DNA of 64,000 bases, filler included, from Bonamia ostreae (taxonomy: Eukaryota): assembly GCA_040357525.1 (NCBI GenBank). It is 15 parts of 15 records of this genome, joined end to end, with 100 filler letters (N's around TTAATTAATTAA, not from the genome) between each part and the next. Parts side by side here need not be neighbours in the genome. Positions count along the whole stretch, not along the records: positions 1 to 4,265 come from JBDODL010000336.1; positions 4,366 to 8,629 come from JBDODL010000337.1; positions 8,730 to 12,984 come from JBDODL010000338.1; 12 more parts are not named here. One strand, written 5' to 3'. The first letter of the stretch is position 1. Every line of letters starts with the position of its first letter. The notes beneath the pieces are model-generated. The model was not told the origin of the DNA, made no database searches, and worked only from the letters and a program-made list of their open reading frames with translations. The position numbers were made by a program, and so were the translations under genes. This document shows, piece after piece, positions 1 to 11,118 of this stretch.

Positions 1-84
1 CTATTTTTTGACAAACTTTTTTTAATTAAATCTGCTTCGCTCAAAAGATTCTTTAAACGAAAACTATTTTGAATTAAAAACTAG

Positions 85-774
85 CTCTACTCCGCTTCGA
101 AAGATAGCACTATAAAATCTTTTAATACTGAAACAATGACATATATCGAAACGCTTCACGGCCACGAAGCATCGATAACTCAAATCGCCGCCAAAAATAA
201 CCAAAACAAAATTTTGTCTTGCGGCGAAGACAAAACAATCCGCGTCTTCAAAATCGACGCCGGAACTCAACTTGTCTTCAAAGCATTTTCTGTCCATTCC
301 GCGGCGATCGATTGCTGTTGTTTTCTGAACAAAAGCGATTTTATCGTCGGTTCGCAGGACGGAAGCCTTTCTATGTGGACTGAAAATAGCAAAAAACCAA
401 TTTTTGTGGAGAAAAGAGCGCACGATGGAAAATGGATAACGGCTTTGGCGATTTTTGGAGGTTCTGAGAATAAATGGAGTGATTTAGTTGCCACAGGTTC
501 TTCGGACGGGTTCTTAAGGTTCTGGAGAATTTTGGGTGAAACTGGCAACAGTTAAAAATTTTAAATTTTACAAAAATTGTCGAATAAAAATTATCAAAAT
601 TTAGCGCAAATAAAACAAATTGGAAAGGTGAAGTTAGAAGGATATATAAATAGTCTGAAATTCAACGTTTCTAGAAATTCTTTGTTAGTCGGAGTTGGAC
701 GAGAACATCGTTTTGGGCGATGGGAAGTTATAAAAATGGCCAAAAATCAAGTCTTCGAAATCCTTTTTGATTAA
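85..774 (+). CDS. RRP9: U3 snoRNP WD40 protein RRP9/U3-55K (5'-partial, spliced)
   Basis: WD40 repeats (LYSASKDSTIK...YIETLHGH; LVATGSSDGFLRFW) and C-terminal LLVGVGREHRFGRW typical of RRP9; GT-AG intron ~551-604 joins ORFs 136..555 and 577..774. Confidence 0.85.
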
Positions 775-1173
775 ATTTAATTCATTTTTGATAAACAATC
801 AAATAATATTTTTTTCGTTTTTTTGCTTTCTTCCTATCATCTTCTGTTCTTTTATTCTTCTTTCTTCATTGTTCTTAGAACGGCCAGTTTTCTATTTAAA
901 AATGAAAAATTTTTATTTAATAAAAAATGTGGATCAATTTTCTGTTTATCAATTCCAAAATTCATTTTTCTTCGAAAAATTGTTGTTTACAAGTACTTCA
1001 AAATTCATTTGTCTTTAGCAGGTACGAAAATTTTTCGAAGGGATTAAAGAAAATCGACAGAATAAAAGAGTTCAAACCGATAATTTTTCGCATGGCCTGA
1101 AATATCTACGATTTGATAAATTTGTCACCACATTTAACATTAAAAAATATTAAAAACCAAAAAAGCTACTAGA

Positions 1174-2289
1174 ATGAGTTATTTCGAAAAGAGATTGGAA
1201 TCACAACTGCTTCGAAAGGGAAATTACCTCTCAATGAAAAAACATCCTTCCAAAAACTACAGTGATGCCCAAAGAAACTTTGACCTTCTTTTCAACAAAC
1301 TTAAAAAACACAAAGACGACCCTCAGATTGTGAGCAAAAGTTTGAAGAAAATCGACGACTTGTACCAAAACAACCGTTCTGCTATCGATACCACCAGACC
1401 GAACATCGCTATCCTCACACAAACGCTTATTTTAAATAAAAACCTGCAAACAATTAAAACAACCGAAAAACTGCTTTTTGAAATCATCGGGTTGAACAAA
1501 GACAGACTCCATTTCATCGACTGCCTCATAATCATTTTCTCTGTTATCCCTTCTTATTTTGAAAACCAAAAATCCTTTTCCGTTCTAGCCAAAATCATCT
1601 TGGCCGTCGAAAAAATCATGCGGCGCAAAAAAGCGGAGCACGGTGTATTATCGTGTTCCGACATGTCCAAACTGCTCCTCAATTCGACTTCTTATCCTCG
1701 AAACAACGATATACACATAACACTCATCAACATTTTAGATGAGCACTATTCATATCTTTATTTTAGTAAAAGAGAAATCGAGGTTGTGAGTGCATACTTT
1801 GAGTTTCTGGTGGAGAGTTGCAACGAGCTGGTGGCAATGATGATATATTACAGGGTGCGCAAGTATTTGAAAGACGGGATGTGGCGATACGAGAGCGAGG
1901 ATTTTATGGAAAACATGTTGGAGCGGTTTGCGAAGAAAACAAGATGTTACGCGCGGCCGTGTTTGGGAATGGTGCGAGAAATGATTTTTATGGGTCGACA
2001 TGTATCGGTAGAGTATGTCAAGAGAATTACAGAACTGGTGTTTCAAGATTTTGACATTGTCGAGACGATTGAGAAAGATAAGTTTCATGTTAGGGCTGTT
2101 TTTTCTTTTTTGGCAAAGGCTGCACAAAAAGTTTTTTTTATGTTTAAAATAGGAATATTTTGCTCGGAATCTATTAAGCGTGTTTCAGCGAACAGTTTTG
2201 GCAGTCTACGGGAAAAAATTTCGGAAGAAGAGAGTGAAAGCTTTGTGCGAATTTTTGGACAACTTTTTAAGAGCGGCAAAGAGTTTTGA
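1174..2289 (+). CDS. Hypothetical helical (ARM/HEAT-like) protein
   Basis: 371-aa ORF with amphipathic helical pattern; AAGCT motif 6 nt upstream of ATG; may continue past a 3' intron. Confidence 0.55.
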   Translation: MSYFEKRLESQLLRKGNYLSMKKHPSKNYSDAQRNFDLLFNKLKKHKDDPQIVSKSLKKIDDLYQNNRSAIDTTRPNIAILTQTLILNKNLQTIKTTEKLLFEIIGLNKDRLHFIDCLIIIFSVIPSYFENQKSFSVLAKIILAVEKIMRRKKAEHGVLSCSDMSKLLLNSTSYPRNNDIHITLINILDEHYSYLYFSKREIEVVSAYFEFLVESCNELVAMMIYYRVRKYLKDGMWRYESEDFMENMLERFAKKTRCYARPCLGMVREMIFMGRHVSVEYVKRITELVFQDFDIVETIEKDKFHVRAVFSFLAKAAQKVFFMFKIGIFCSESIKRVSANSFGSLREKISEEESESFVRIFGQLFKSGKEF

Positions 2290-2427
2290 GTTTAAAGTGC
2301 ACCCTGAAGAACTGGACGACGCAAATAAATTTTTGAGGTTTCCAACTAATGTTTAGAACGCACGACTACAAGAGAAAGCATTAAATGTATTATTATTTAT
2401 CGTTTGGGAAAGGAATCGATAATTACA

Positions 2428-2492
2428 TTTTTAGTTTTAACTTTTTCAGTTTTAACATTTTCAGTTTTAATATTTTCAGTTTTAATATTTTA
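2428..2492. repeat. AT-rich ~15-bp tandem repeat (ttttcagttttaata)
   Basis: About four imperfect adjacent copies. Confidence 0.7.
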
Positions 2493-2571
2493 TCTTCAGA
2501 TAATTTTTACCTACAAATCTCAACTTAATGTCTCGTAAACCATTGAAACAAACAAAAATGACTTATCCAAG

Positions 2572-2860
2572 ATTGCTATGAAAAAATTGCTTTGAAAAGA
2601 ATATCAAAATTGCAAGCAAAATTGAATAAGGACAGAAAAACGAAAAAGTCCTTTTCACCGAAAAACGAAAATTGCTATGAAAAAANNNNNNNNNNNNNNN
2701 NNNNNNNNNNNNNNNNNNNNNNNNNNNNNNNNNNNNNNNNNNNNNNNNNNNNNNNNNNNNNNNNNNNNNNNNNNNNNNNNNNNNNAAAGTCCTTTTCACC
2801 GAAAAACGAAAATTGCTATGAAAAAATTGCTTTGAAAAGAATATCAAAATTGCAAGCAAA
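2572..2860. repeat. Tandem or duplicated segment spanning a 100-N scaffold gap
   Basis: attgctatgaaaaaattgctttgaaaagaatatcaaaattgcaagcaaaa and aaagtccttttcaccgaaaaacgaaaattgctatg occur on both sides of the gap at 2686-2785. Confidence 0.7.
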
Positions 2861-3014
2861 AACGAAAATGGCCATGAAAGGAAAAACGACAGAAAAAGTA
2901 CGAAAATGCGAATCGGCTCAGATAAAAAGTCCTCATTATTGAATCAGAACAGGTCAAAGAATTCATCATCATCGCCGATTCGCTTTTCGCCCAAATGCGG
3001 ATTTTCGAATTTAA

Positions 3015-3592
3015 TTAAGCGGTGTCCCCAGATTTGAGATTTTTTTTCGGCGCCGCCTTTTTCCCTTCGCCCGCTGCAACCGGTTCTGGTTTGATCGAAG
3101 CCATCAGTTCTATGTGACAAGGGTTGCCCATATAAGGATTGATTCTGCCGTGCGCGCGATAAGTTCTTCTGCGTCTCTTGGCTGCTCGGTTGACTTGTGC
3201 GTGGCTGATAACTAAGGCGTCCGGACTGAGATTTATCTTGTGGCCGTTGTCGGTGAGTTGCGACAACAAGTTTTTTATTATCTTGCAAGACTTCTGGGGC
3301 CACCTTCCTTGGCTGGTTTTGTACTTTTTGGCCTAAATTTGTTATCGTCCAAACCTGCGCGTGGCGGCCGACTCCGCCGTTGTGGCGTCTGAACGGAACG
3401 ATGTCTTTGTGTTCGATGACGTCGTTGAGATAGCGAATAGCTTCTGTGATCGTTTTTTTTCTTATCGCTTGGACTGTTTCTCTCGTGTTTTTGTAGTGCA
3501 CTTTAAGGTTGTTGCCCCGGACCTTGCACGATCTTTAGTTTAGCGTCAACAAACTTTTCGGGATCTTCCGGTTGAGCAGAATAGCGCACCAT
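3015..3592 (-). CDS. RPL17: 60S ribosomal protein L17 (uL22), 3 exons
   Basis: Spliced: [32 protein letters not shown]...[22 protein letters not shown]...[22 protein letters not shown]; two 22-nt GT-AG introns at 3533-3554 and 3333-3354. Confidence 0.97.
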
Positions 3593-3994
3593 CGATAAAA
3601 TTTAGCGTTTAGGTAAGGGTTTGTTTAGAAATCGTTGATATATTGAATTGGCAAAATGTGCTAAAGTTTTATATAAAGAATATTGCTAATTTGAGCAAAG
3701 TGACATTTGTTATGTTACCACATCGCAATATTTTGGATCCAAGCAATGTCGCATTCCTATTTTCCAAGTCTGCAGCTTTTCTGTCTTTTTGTTGTTGCAA
3801 TTTTTGCGGTCGCGCTCAGTTACAATAAAGCGTGTGCTGGCAACAACACAGTCGTTTTCGTTCATAAAGATTTGTCCAACGTCGATTTTGCGGACATTGA
3901 ATATTAAATAAAAGCTGTCGTTTGTTTTGTTGTTGTTTAATTGAATCCGACAGTTTAAATTGATGGCTTCAAAAATGCAAAATTTTTATTTATT

Positions 3995-4265
3995 TCAAAT
4001 TTTGTTGTACCTTCCGTTAATAACGGACACTGAAGAGGGTGGAATAGATCCGTGTTCTGTTAGAATGAGGGTGGCGAAATGACTTGGGACAATGTCGTAT
4101 CGCAAGTTTAGAATTTTGAGCGATTTTATTTCTCGCCATAGTTTCAAGACTTCCATGTCTTTGCTGTTGTTCGCTTTTTTGATGTATTCATCAGGACTAT
4201 CTTTAATTTTAATCTTTTTAACAACAATCATTTTTTATCTTTTTAACAACAATAAGGCGAAAAAC
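3995..4265 (-). CDS. EIF2B4: Translation initiation factor eIF2B delta subunit, C-terminal fragment
   Basis: LNLRYDIVPSHFATLILTEHGSIPPSSVSVI matches the eIF2B-delta/GCD2 C-terminus; cut by contig end. Confidence 0.75.
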
Positions 4266-4365
4266 NNNNNNNNNNNNNNNNNNNNNNNNNNNNNNNNNNN
4301 NNNNNNNNNTTAATTAATTAANNNNNNNNNNNNNNNNNNNNNNNNNNNNNNNNNNNNNNNNNNNN
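4266..4365. other. Artificial contig linker N44-TTAATTAATTAA-N44 (also at 8630, 12985, 17335, 21677, 26019, 30344, 34663, 38972, 43274, 47576, 51878, 56173, 60464)
   Basis: Identical 100-nt spacer with stops in all six frames; intervening contigs shrink steadily from ~4264 to ~4191 nt. Confidence 0.98.
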
Positions 4366-6229
4366 TTCTGTTTTCAAATCGCCATTTTCTGTTTTCAACC
4401 TGATTTTGTCAGATTTTTCGGGAGTCAAATGCAACAAGACTGTGACATCTCTCAAATTCTGACCTCCAAAATGAGATCCTGAAGAATATGGAACGAAAGT
4501 GTATTCTCCAGTCTGCAACTTAAACTTTGAAAATGTGTTGCGATCAATATTGCTTTCGAGCAATCCAACGCATTTCTGATCTTCGAAATAGCCCTCGCCA
4601 TTTTTTAGGACGAACCCGGCAAGGTCGATGTAGTTTTGAGGCGAACTTTTTATTCTTTTGTCGTTTTGGTGCAAAGAAAGATATTTGAGCACCATTTTTC
4701 CGGGAACTTTAAAGCTGAATCGAGGCGATTCGACGCGTTCGTTCTGCAGATTGAACGAGAAGGACTTCGGGATACTGCGCCATTCGTGACGGCTGTCGCA
4801 AAAACTGAACGTGTCGAAGATCGACCGGAAGTGTCCGAAATCCATCCAGAACACTCCGTCGTTGTCGTCCGCGCAGAGATGGAGGTCTTTTCTGAGTTTC
4901 GGATCCCATTTTGAGCTGTGGTCGGAGTAGTCTCCATTCCACTCGAAACGGCTCCACGGATTGCGCAGTTTGACTAGACGTACTGGTTCTCGCCCTGTTT
5001 CGGTGTGCTCTCTGACATCAATGATGGCGTATGCGTGGTCGATCAGGAGACCTTGGCTCATCATTTTGAAGTAGCCATGGCCTGGTTTCTTGCTGTTGAT
5101 GCCGGCCGTCATGAGATATCCCCCGTCACGGAATTTTTGTTGAAGCCATTGGAATTCGATTTTGGGGGCTTCCAAGAGTCCCGAGGGACATCCTGTCATG
5201 TCCTATAATCAAATGTTTACTTTTAAAAAAATTTTTGATTTTTAACCAATTAATTTTATTCGTTAAAAATCAAGCAATCATAAATTTTGTTCGGCAAAAT
5301 GATTTAAAGCAAAATGATTTTTATTTTTGTGAAGAACTGAAATAAAGCGAACGAAAATTATTTTTTTTACTCAACATTTCTGAAAAACAAAATCTGCAAA
5401 AATCAATAAACATTTCTGCAACAAAATATCTTAGCGCTTGTAATATATTTTAGCAAATAAATTTTAAAAGCTAATAAAGATAATCCGAAAGTCACTTAAA
5501 AATGGTTCATCAAAAAAAAACGAAAAATGCTTCATGGCATTCTCCACTTGTCAAAGATTTGTAACTTCCGTTTAGTTTCGAATACGCTTTTTCTAACAAC
5601 GGAACCCACATTTGGTTCAAATTAGAACTGGAACCGAAACAAGCATTGCTTTTGTCGCCGACGGGAATCAGAGAGTCGATTTTTACAGAAACGGGCTGTC
5701 CATTTTTGAAGAGGTTTAATTTATATTTGCCCTTAAATTCGTTTTTAAAACAATCGGGGAAATCTTGTTTTCGCCAAAAATTCTCTCTAACAATTCTTGT
5801 TTTTCCGCGAGACAGCAAACCGCTGCTACGAACCAACAATTCCCAAAATATCCTTGTTTCATTTCTTCCGGCACTATTTTCTCGAAAATTTTGCCGTTGT
5901 TCGAAAGAGTCTAAAAATTGCTGTTCAAACTTCTGCGCGCACCCATTTGAGTTGTTCTTTTCGATTCGCCGAATCTTCAAAGATGCTTTCCTTTTTTGGT
6001 GGGAATTCGTGATCGACAAATTTGCCGTCTGCTTCAAACGGCAAAACAGAGTATTCCCAGTTAAAAACGTTGTGGATAAATCTAAAAATTTTTGCCAAAA
6101 CTTGGACAATGAAAAGTCTTCTTTGTTGCTCCGTTTTTCTTTAATCAATTCTTCCACCGACAATGTTTTTATTAATTTTTGTCCGGTTGAGCCATAGTAA
6201 AGGACATAATTCGATTCTTTCTTTAACAT
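4366..6229 (-). CDS. Calpain-family cysteine protease (CysPc plus domain III-like), 3'-partial, spliced
   Basis: QGYFGNCWFVAAVCCLAE (catalytic Cys, in a frame the ORF track misses; 20-nt intron 5732-5751), WVPLLEKAYSKLNGSY, HAY (His), VKLRNPWS (Asn), DGVFWMDF. Confidence 0.9.
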
Positions 6230-6439
6230 TTTTATATTGATTTATTTAATCAGTTTTAAGCTTCTGGTTTGGTTTAAATTATAAATTGTCGATATAATGT
6301 TTTAATTTTATTATATTGGAATGAGTTACTATGATTGCTAAAAATAAATTGTTTAATTGCTACCAATTTCTCTGGCAGCCTCAGATCAAAATATTGCTAC
6401 GTTAAAAAAGATCGACAATATTTAAAAGGCGTATCGATT

Positions 6440-8418
6440 TAATAACAAAGCATAAACGATTCTAGTTCAACGTCTCTTAAAGTCTGGCAACCCTTTCTTT
6501 ATATTAAGTTTATAAACAATTTTTCTCTTTTAGTTTCCAAGAATTTCGGCATCAGACGAGGGTCGTAAAACCCTATTCTGTCAGCTGTACTTCGTTTTTT
6601 CAAACCGTTAACAAATTCTGTATACTCTTTATCACAAGTCGTTTTTGGAGACAACACAATATCTGCAGAAATTTCATTAAGAATTCTCCCCAAATTCCAA
6701 TAAGGGCTTTTTACCGTCACGTAGCCTTCCTCCAATTCCGGTGCTAAGTACAAAGTGGACTCTTTCTCTCTAATATGCAAATTATCTCGGGTCAAATCAA
6801 CGCTTTTTCCGAACCCGGTTAGTTTTAGAACACCCGATTTCGTGAACATCACATTCCCGGGAGTGAGGTTAGTATGAACCACTTGGTTTTCTGACAAATA
6901 CCTTAACACACCCACAATCCCATAAGCCATCCACTCTTCAAAGATGAAATTTTAAACCTAAATGCTCTCTTTGCAAGACAACGTTTAATGGATCGATTTT
7001 TTCGCCTAGTCTCATTTGACTTGAATAATAATAAAAACCTTGCTGTCGCTACACACAACTCACTCACTACAAACAAACAATTATTTGTTTCGAAGGAGTG
7101 CAACGGTTCTAAGATGTTCGCATGTTTTGCGCGAAGATGTATTCTAGTTTCAATTACATATTTTCTCGCGTTTTCTCGTGTCTTTAAATACGCTTTCACG
7201 GCAAATTTTTCACTGCCTTTTTCGGCTTCGAAGACAATATAAGTTTTTGCCGTTTTGATTGCGCAGTTTAATTTGTAATCTGCCAAATCCTCTTCGCATC
7301 CGCAGCAAGGTTTTTCTGTAATTTTAATTTTATAAACTGCATTTGGACGAATAAGATTCTTTAAACAATTTTGGTAGATGCAACTCAAAAGGGATATCCC
7401 GCCATTCTCTTATTACTTTTTCCAGATTCTCATTTGCAGCTGACGGTAAAGCATTTTCATTAATTTCAAAATCTTCGTCATAGAAATCTTGAAGGAGATT
7501 ACTCAATCTATCTTTCATCGTATTTTCGACGAATTCTACGATTTTAGCCTTGTCGCTATGTCACAATTTGATTATAAAACTGGATTTTAAACCATCGAAG
7601 TACCGTTTCATCCTCAAACAAATCCAGAAGCTCGATTCTTTTCGTGTAATCCTCTTCCATTAGTTTGCCCTCTAAACTTGATAAATTGAGATTAAATCCA
7701 CATAAAATCTTTCCCAGCGAATACAAGTCGCTGACTTTATCGAAAACACGATCATTCTTTATTTCTGGAGCTACATAAACAACATTTTCCATTCTTTCTT
7801 TCTCCAGAATCGGATCGTCTTTGTCGTAAAACGCTTGGCCAAAGCCCCACAGTTTCAAATTCCCCATTTTGTCAAACATTATCGACTCTTCATTCAAATC
7901 GACGATAATTACATCTTCTTTTTGAACCATATAAATTGCGTGAATAAGGTTGGAGAAAATATGGCCAATATTATCGGCGCCAATTTTGCATTCCGACTTG
8001 ATATCAGCCAAACTGCAATCCATATTTTCAAACATCATAAACATATAGTCGTTTGACTCGAAAACATGTTTTAAAACGCAAACCCATTTCAATTTTTTAA
8101 GTTTATCAGCCACTTTGATTTCGTTAATTAAATATTTCATATTTTTCTTTGATTTTCTAACCGCTTTCATGGTAAATTTTGTGCCGGTCTGTTTATGTAT
8201 TACTATTATTTTTAAAAATATTGCCTTTGAAGATCTGCACAGTCGCATCCCAAACAATGGCGGAACATATAGCGTAATCTTCAAATTTGTGTTCGCAGTC
8301 TTTAGGTTGTTTCTTAACTTCAATTTTAAAAGAATTTACAGCAATAGTGAATAGTTTTGTTGTCGCGAGAATTGTACCAAGATTTAAGGCTATCTAAATC
8401 TGAAACAGTTTCTGCCAT
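6440..8418 (-). CDS. Tandem (two-domain) pseudokinase, multi-exon
   Basis: Two kinase folds joined by removing GT-AG introns and one GC-AG intron; catalytic loops IIVDLNEESIMF and VVHTNLTPGNVMF; DFG is GFG in both; 3' end approximate. Confidence 0.7.
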
Positions 8419-8786
8419 TATTAATTTTTTGAATAAACCGCTGTTGTTAGATATTTGTGTAAGTGAAACTAATTAAAATTTTTAACAATTCAATCGATAA
8501 ACCTAAAATTTTTAATAGACCTAAATAAAATTTAAATTTTGAAATTCGACATAAAATTTTTGGGCTGAAAATTTTGGGGAAATAATTGAAACTTGCGAGA
8601 AATGTTGAACAATGGAACTATCAGTTTTTNNNNNNNNNNNNNNNNNNNNNNNNNNNNNNNNNNNNNNNNNNNNTTAATTAATTAANNNNNNNNNNNNNNN
8701 NNNNNNNNNNNNNNNNNNNNNNNNNNNNNTGAAATTAAGTAATCTAGTCTTTAAACTCAAAAAAGGATGTCAAGATTTAATATATT

Positions 8787-9473
8787 TCACGCGCGACCGC
8801 TATACAATAATTTTCCGTTATTAGTTCTTGTCGATTGTAATTTGGGAGCACTTGGTTTTTCTTGGTTGTGAACGTTAATAAGTCTGCCCAACTTATTGTT
8901 TTTGTCGGATCCAGTGTCCTTATTGCTATGCAAATCCGGCTTCTGCTTGTTGTTTTCATCCATAGAACTCATTAAAAGCTTTCCCGGTTCTATAAGTTCG
9001 TTTTTCCCGATATTTATGGGCGCTTTGTTCAAAATGTGTCCGTCGTAAGTGATGTTGACTTTTGCTTTGATGTTGCCTTGATTTTTGAATTGAAGATGGA
9101 ATTTGGAGGGTTCTTTTTTGTCTTCAAAGATATCGTAGTCCAATTTTCTCGAGGATTGCAATTGAATAAGATTTGGGTTTTCGATATCCGTGAAAGTTAT
9201 CAAATTGTTGTTTTCATCTACTTCGAAGTCGGGATATTTTTTGGCCACACTGAATGGGCAGCCTGAAACGAGAGCTCCTTTGTTGTAAATTTTGATAGAT
9301 TTGCCGGATGAATTGCTTTTGGGTTCAAATTTTACGTGAAATTTATTCGGATTTTCGGTGCTGTAAAGAAAGTAATCAGTTCCGTCAGAGTCGAATGTGA
9401 GTTGTGTTGGGTCGTCAACATCGTTTAAAAAAATTGATTTGAGATCTTTTTCGTTTCTTGTTACAAATGACAT
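8787..9473 (-). CDS. Protein with two filamin/ABP280-type Ig-like repeats
   Basis: FHVKFEPK...IKIYNKGALVSGCPFSV and FHLQFKNQG...VNITYDGHILNKAPINI resemble the filamin repeat end (Y.G.HI.GSPF.V). Confidence 0.6.
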   Translation of the reverse strand: MSFVTRNEKDLKSIFLNDVDDPTQLTFDSDGTDYFLYSTENPNKFHVKFEPKSNSSGKSIKIYNKGALVSGCPFSVAKKYPDFEVDENNNLITFTDIENPNLIQLQSSRKLDYDIFEDKKEPSKFHLQFKNQGNIKAKVNITYDGHILNKAPINIGKNELIEPGKLLMSSMDENNKQKPDLHSNKDTGSDKNNKLGRLINVHNQEKPSAPKLQSTRTNNGKLLYSGRA

Positions 9474-9727
9474 TTAGGATTATATGTTTTTGTTCACTTT
9501 ATTTAAATCGAAGCGGCGAGAATCTATAATATAAAGATTATATAATAATATTAATTTTATATGGAAATTATAAATTACAAAAAATAATTTTGTTTCGAAA
9601 AGCAGTGGATGCACGCATTACAAAATTTGCAACTTTTAGATTTTTAACAAACAAATATTGTTGTTTTAATTATTTTTTGGCAGCTATCAATTCTACTAAA
9701 AATGTTTTGAATAAGATAAGAGTTAAT

Positions 9728-10679
9728 TTAATATTTCAAATTTGTCATTTTATTGGCTCTGTAGTTGATCCATATATCGTAAATTTCAGCCAGTTTTCCA
9801 AATCTTTGCGAATTGTGCAATTTTATTGAATGTTCCGTATTTCCATTAGAAAAAACTGCTTTTAAATATGTAATTATTAGAAGTAATGTTTGATGGCTCA
9901 ACCGATCTTTCTTTAAAAAACTTGAAAATTCGTCGTTATCCACCTCTGGAAAGATCAGGCAATTTTCTATCGATTTCTTGAAGGAATCAAAATTAATATT
10001 TTTGTTGAATCCTAATCTGGTCAACACTGAATTTATTAAAATTTTTTGATCGCTTGTGATTTCTAAATATGTCATGCTTAAATTCTGAAGTTCTGAATAA
10101 TGTTTTATTTCTGTTTCTGTTTCATTGTATTTATTTTTCCAATTATCATACAATTTCAAAAGATAAATACCAAAAAATTCATGTAAAATTCCAGAGATGT
10201 TTAACTTTAAATCAGAGAAAACACTCTTGACAAACACCAATAAAGCTAAGTGCGAAACATCTATAACACCGTTTAACTTCCAATAATTTTGGAACTTAAT
10301 CATTTCTTCTCCGTTATCCAAGACGTCTATAATATCGGTACCGGGCAAAAATTTTCGCAAATTATCAATTAAATAATTTTTCCATTTTTTGTCAATATTT
10401 TGTGTATATAAATATTTCAATGTATTTTCTTTCCAATCTCTATCGTATTTTGAACAACATCCCTGTAAAAAAAGGTATTCAAAGGATCCAAGAATAAAAC
10501 TTTCTAGTTCATACCTTTTCAATTTGTCCAATTTCATATCTTTTAATATTTCCTTAATAACCCATTCTTTTCTATTTATCGCGTTATTATTAAATATTAT
10601 GTTGTTGATAAAATACGATTCTTTATTATTTTCCACGAATGCAATTAAATCCTTTAATTTAATATTTACTTACGTTCAT
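9728..10679 (-). CDS. Hypothetical lineage-specific protein
   Basis: 302-aa stop-free exon; short upstream exon via GTAAG...AAG intron ~10652-10673; no recognised motif. Confidence 0.45.
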
Positions 10680-11060
10680 AGTCTTTAAATCAAATTATTC
10701 CTTCTGCAATAAATTAATAACAGAGTAGTCCCAAAAGGGCAAACGATAACAGGAATCAAAAGATACAAAAAGAGCATTTTGAAAAATTGATTTCAAGTTT
10801 ATTTAATATTTTCTGTATTTTTTATTACTATTATTAAAGTTTTTGCTCAATTTACGCTAAAGGTCTGAATTAAATTGGTGTTGTGATTTTTAGTACAATG
10901 GGGAACTCTTTTATCACCAGGAGCATACACATTAAAAAAAATAACTGACCAGAGACAGCGAGACCGTGCATTTTTTAGATGTCATCCTCTTCATTTAAAC
11001 AGATATTTTCATGATAATAAGCCATTTTCAGTTTTAAATTTGAAATTAGATTTTATATTT

Positions 11061-11118
11061 GGGCGGGATGGCTCAATATTTCGGACTAGGGTTTCCAACT
11101 GATTCCAAGATGGGAGAC
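11061..11118 (+). mobile_element. Internally deleted copy of the tRNA-derived SINE-like element at 27854
   Basis: gggcgggatggctcaatatttcggact (22/27 identical to 27854-27880), then 3 nt later gtttccaactgattccaagatgggag (22/27 columns identical to 27927-27953). Confidence 0.6.

Noticed and set aside
4310-4321. Regularly spaced TTAATTAATTAA palindromes as a biological repeat or CRISPR-like array
   Set aside because: Always embedded in N44 flanks: an artificial contig joiner. ORF ends reading XXXLIN are artefacts of it.
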